NCBI GenBank assembly: GCA_017517035.1
Contig: JAFXAN010000083.1
Coordinates: 27,853-91,852, forward strand
Origin: Clostridia bacterium
GTDB lineage: Bacteria > Bacillota > Clostridia > Oscillospirales > CAG-272
Direction: 5' to 3'
Length of the DNA stretch: 64,000 nucleotides
Shown here: piece after piece, positions 61,605 to 64,000 of the stretch
Position numbering within the stretch: the first letter of the stretch is position 1
Layout: each line of letters starts with the position of its first letter
The notes under the pieces: generated by a model
What the model was told of the DNA's origin: nothing
Seen by the model: only the letters and a program-made list of their open reading frames with translations
The model's database searches: none
Position numbers and translations under genes: made by a program

Positions 61605-63432
61605 CGCTGAAAAAAAGACTATAAATGTGGCTCTTGCGGGAAATCCCAATGTCGGAAAAAGCACAGTCTTTAACAATTTAACCGGGATGAAGCAACATAC
61701 CGGCAATTGGCCCGGAAAAACTGTAGCAACAGCAAAAGGTTTTTCGGAAAGTGAAAAATATATCTATTCTGTCGTTGATCTTCCCGGAACATATTCCCTT
61801 TCTTCTCATTCCCCCGAGGAAGAGATCGCAAGTGAATATCTCACTTCGGGGTGTTGTGATGCGGTGGTTATTGTTTGCGATGCTGCTTGTCTTGAACGAA
61901 ATTTGATCTTGGCATTTCAGATAATGAATCTGGGGATTAGAGCAATTTTGTGCGTAAATCTTCTTGATGAGGCCAAAAGAAAAGGCATAAATGTTGATTT
62001 AGACTTACTGTCGAAAAAGCTCGGTGTTCCTGTGGTCGGCACTGTTGGCAGAAAAAAGAAAAGCGCTCAAAAGATCCTTGATGCACTTGATGATTTATCT
62101 TATGGAGAATCTTTATCTGCAGAGAATTTGCATTTTTCCGAAAACAATATTGAAGAAATAATTGCAAAATCAGAAGAAGCGGTCAAAGAAGCGGTAACGA
62201 AAAAGCACGAAAATACATTCGGTTTCGATAGAAAACTCGACAGAATATTGACAGGCAAGCTCACAGCATATCCAATCATGATCCTTTTGCTTGCGGCAGT
62301 ATTCTGGATAACTCTTGAAGGCGCAAATTATCCTTCAAGATTATTGGCTGTTGTTTTGGACAATTTAGGGGAAGGCATTAGAAGTTTTCTTGAATTTGTT
62401 CGGATTCCGAATATCATAATAAGTGTTTTTATTGACGGAATCTATAGGGTTCTTTCTTCGGTTGTTTCCGTTATGCTTCCCCCAATGGCAATATTCTTCC
62501 CTTTTTTCACTCTTCTTGAGGATTCGGGATATTTGCCGAGAATAGCATATAATCTTGACCGACCTTTTAAATGCTCGGGGGCTTGCGGAAAACAAGCGCT
62601 TACTATGTGTATGGGATTCGGATGCAATGCAGCAGGCGTGGTCGGTTGCAGGATCATTGATTCTCCAAGAGAAAGGCTTCTTGCAGTGCTAACGAACAGC
62701 TTGGTTCCCTGCAACGGAAAATTTCCCACTCTGATTGCTCTGATTTCAATGTTTTTTGTTCTTGATGGGAATTTCTCTGCAATGCTTTCTTCTCTGATTC
62801 TCACTTTGGTCATTCTTTTGGGAATAGCTATGACCTTTGCGGCAACACGAATTTTATCGTTCACTTGTCTTAAAGGCAGACCTTCTTCCTTCATTCTTGA
62901 GCTTCCGTCATACAGAAAACCTCAAATTGGAAAGGTGATCGTTCGCTCTTTGCTTGACAGAACCGCATCGGTACTCATGCGCGCAATAGCCTTTTCCGCA
63001 CCGTGCGGTTTGGTTATCTGGATGCTTGCAAATATAAGCATCGGAGATACATCGCTTCTATCCTCCTGCACGATTTTTTTCGATCCGATCGGCAAGGCAT
63101 TAGGGCTTGACGGCGTTATAATTTTTGCATTCATTCTGGGGCTTCCTGCCAATGAGATCGTTATACCAATTATACTAATGTCTTATCTGTCATCGGGTAC
63201 ACTTGTTGATATCTCGGACCTTGATTCGATGAAAAATATTCTTGTGTCAAACGGATGGACCTTGAAAACTGCGATTTCCATGACGATCTTTACTTTGTTT
63301 CATTGGCCTTGCGCTACTACGCTGATAACGGTAAAAAAAGAAACGGGTAAGCTATATTACACGCTTCTTTCCGCAATGATACCCACTTTGATTGGCGTTA
63401 TTTTATGTCTTATGGTAAATATATTATTTTAA
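61597..63432 (+). CDS. feoB: Ferrous iron transport protein B
   Basis: G-domain ALAGNPNVGKSTVFN, DLPGTYSL, followed by a polytopic membrane domain. Overlaps feoA by 8 nt. Confidence 0.92.
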   Translation: MPSAEKKTINVALAGNPNVGKSTVFNNLTGMKQHTGNWPGKTVATAKGFSESEKYIYSVVDLPGTYSLSSHSPEEEIASEYLTSGCCDAVVIVCDAACLERNLILAFQIMNLGIRAILCVNLLDEAKRKGINVDLDLLSKKLGVPVVGTVGRKKKSAQKILDALDDLSYGESLSAENLHFSENNIEEIIAKSEEAVKEAVTKKHENTFGFDRKLDRILTGKLTAYPIMILLLAAVFWITLEGANYPSRLLAVVLDNLGEGIRSFLEFVRIPNIIISVFIDGIYRVLSSVVSVMLPPMAIFFPFFTLLEDSGYLPRIAYNLDRPFKCSGACGKQALTMCMGFGCNAAGVVGCRIIDSPRERLLAVLTNSLVPCNGKFPTLIALISMFFVLDGNFSAMLSSLILTLVILLGIAMTFAATRILSFTCLKGRPSSFILELPSYRKPQIGKVIVRSLLDRTASVLMRAIAFSAPCGLVIWMLANISIGDTSLLSSCTIFFDPIGKALGLDGVIIFAFILGLPANEIVIPIILMSYLSSGTLVDISDLDSMKNILVSNGWTLKTAISMTIFTLFHWPCATTLITVKKETGKLYYTLLSAMIPTLIGVILCLMVNILF

Positions 63433-63454
63433 AAGGGCAATATTGCCCTTTTTT
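63431..63454 (+). terminator. Intrinsic terminator after feoB
   Basis: AAAAGGGCAATATTGCCCTTTTTT. Confidence 0.75.
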
Positions 63455-63474
63455 CATTTTTTTAGAAATATCTA

Positions 63475-63503
63475 TTGAAAGTTTCGATGATTTAAGGTAC
63501 AAT
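63475..63503 (+). promoter_or_regulatory. Sigma-A-type promoter
   Basis: TTGAAA (63475-63480), 17 nt, TACAAT (63498-63503). Confidence 0.6.
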
Positions 63504-63526
63504 ATTATCAGAGAGGAAGGTGCAAT

Positions 63527-64000
63527 ATGAAGAGGTACTATCTTTTGGCATTAATTATAATATTTGTTATGTTTTTTGCGTGCTTTGCTTATTGCACCGA
63601 TGAAGCCATAATTTACGGCGGTTATTGTTATTATATAGAAAACGGTGATATTTACAGAGCACCGATGACAGAAATTGCCGGAGAAACCGAGCTTTTCAGA
63701 AGAGACAGCCTTTCAATTTCTCTTGATGGTTCTGATCTGATTTCGATAAGCTCAAAAGGAGATATCGCATATTACTCTTTGATATCTGATGATGAGTTAT
63801 ATTTTGTGGGATTGGAATATTTGTCATCTCAATCGGGTGACCAATATTTGCTTGGTAGTCTGTCTGCCAAATATGAATCAAATGGCAATCCCGCAGCAAT
63901 TTCCAAAGGAAACGACGCAGGCGGTGTTTCCTTTGGTGCTTATCAATTTGCCAGCAATGCAGGCGTTCCGAAAACTTTTGCCGAATGGTGCATATCGAGC
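63527..64000 (+). CDS. Secreted protein, 3' end cut by window edge; lytic-transglycosylase/lysozyme-like motif at the truncated end
   Basis: Absent from the ORF track because no stop occurs before the edge. My translation: ATG 63527 after GAGGAAGG; MKRYYLLALIIIFVMFFACFAYC signal/anchor; ...LSAKYESNGNPAAISKGNDAGGVSFGAYQFAS resembles the SLT E-S...S...G-A-x-Q pattern. Confidence 0.55.
   Translation, partial: MKRYYLLALIIIFVMFFACFAYCTDEAIIYGGYCYYIENGDIYRAPMTEIAGETELFRRDSLSISLDGSDLISISSKGDIAYYSLISDDELYFVGLEYLSSQSGDQYLLGSLSAKYESNGNPAAISKGNDAGGVSFGAYQFASNAGVPKTFAEWCISS

Overview
This is a 64-kb chromosomal window from a low-GC, endospore-forming Firmicute. It looks Clostridia-like, possibly a gut Oscillospiraceae/Ruminococcaceae-type genome, but that cannot be proven from the sequence alone. 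I call 60 protein-coding genes (2 cut by the window edges), 2 tRNA-Leu genes, about 18 hairpin terminators and about 19 sigma-A-type promoters or operator candidates. I saw no rRNA, CRISPR array, transposase, integrase, phage gene, or recognisable defence or toxin-antitoxin gene. Housekeeping blocks are apgM-like PGM/lepB/rbgA/rnhB/yraN/thrC, tig-clpP-clpX, proBAC, PBP1A, xpt, ispE, htpG, phosphoglucomutase, feoAB and spoIIID. There are five accessory blocks. (1) Two giant BspA-type LRR proteins (3-6197 and 28292-32482), the second fused to an SGNH-like esterase. (2) A tRNA-punctuated minus-strand unit: rubredoxin, tRNA-Leu, a ThrE-like pair plus a GH140-like gene, tRNA-Leu, PHP. (3) A YtrA-type GntR-ABC module with a 737-aa permease. 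(4) An AraC-flanked cluster of enolase-superfamily dehydratase, SDR and long RraA-like protein. (5) An amino-acid ABC operon with an extended permease. The best candidates for something undescribed are: (a) a translationally coupled trio of DivIVA-domain protein, orphan Fe-S hydro-lyase beta subunit and Cys-rich XRE regulator (48753-51045); (b) a degenerate prephenate-dehydratase/ACT-like protein start-stop coupled to htpG (58366-59208); (c) a roughly 450-aa LRR super-module present three times across the two giant genes; (d) two tRNA-Leu genes that each act as the 5' leader of protein genes; (e) an identical 18-nt promoter core upstream of the tig-clpPX and perM-htpG operons. All product calls rest on motif-level reading and no database search was possible. 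No single finding is a demonstrated new system.
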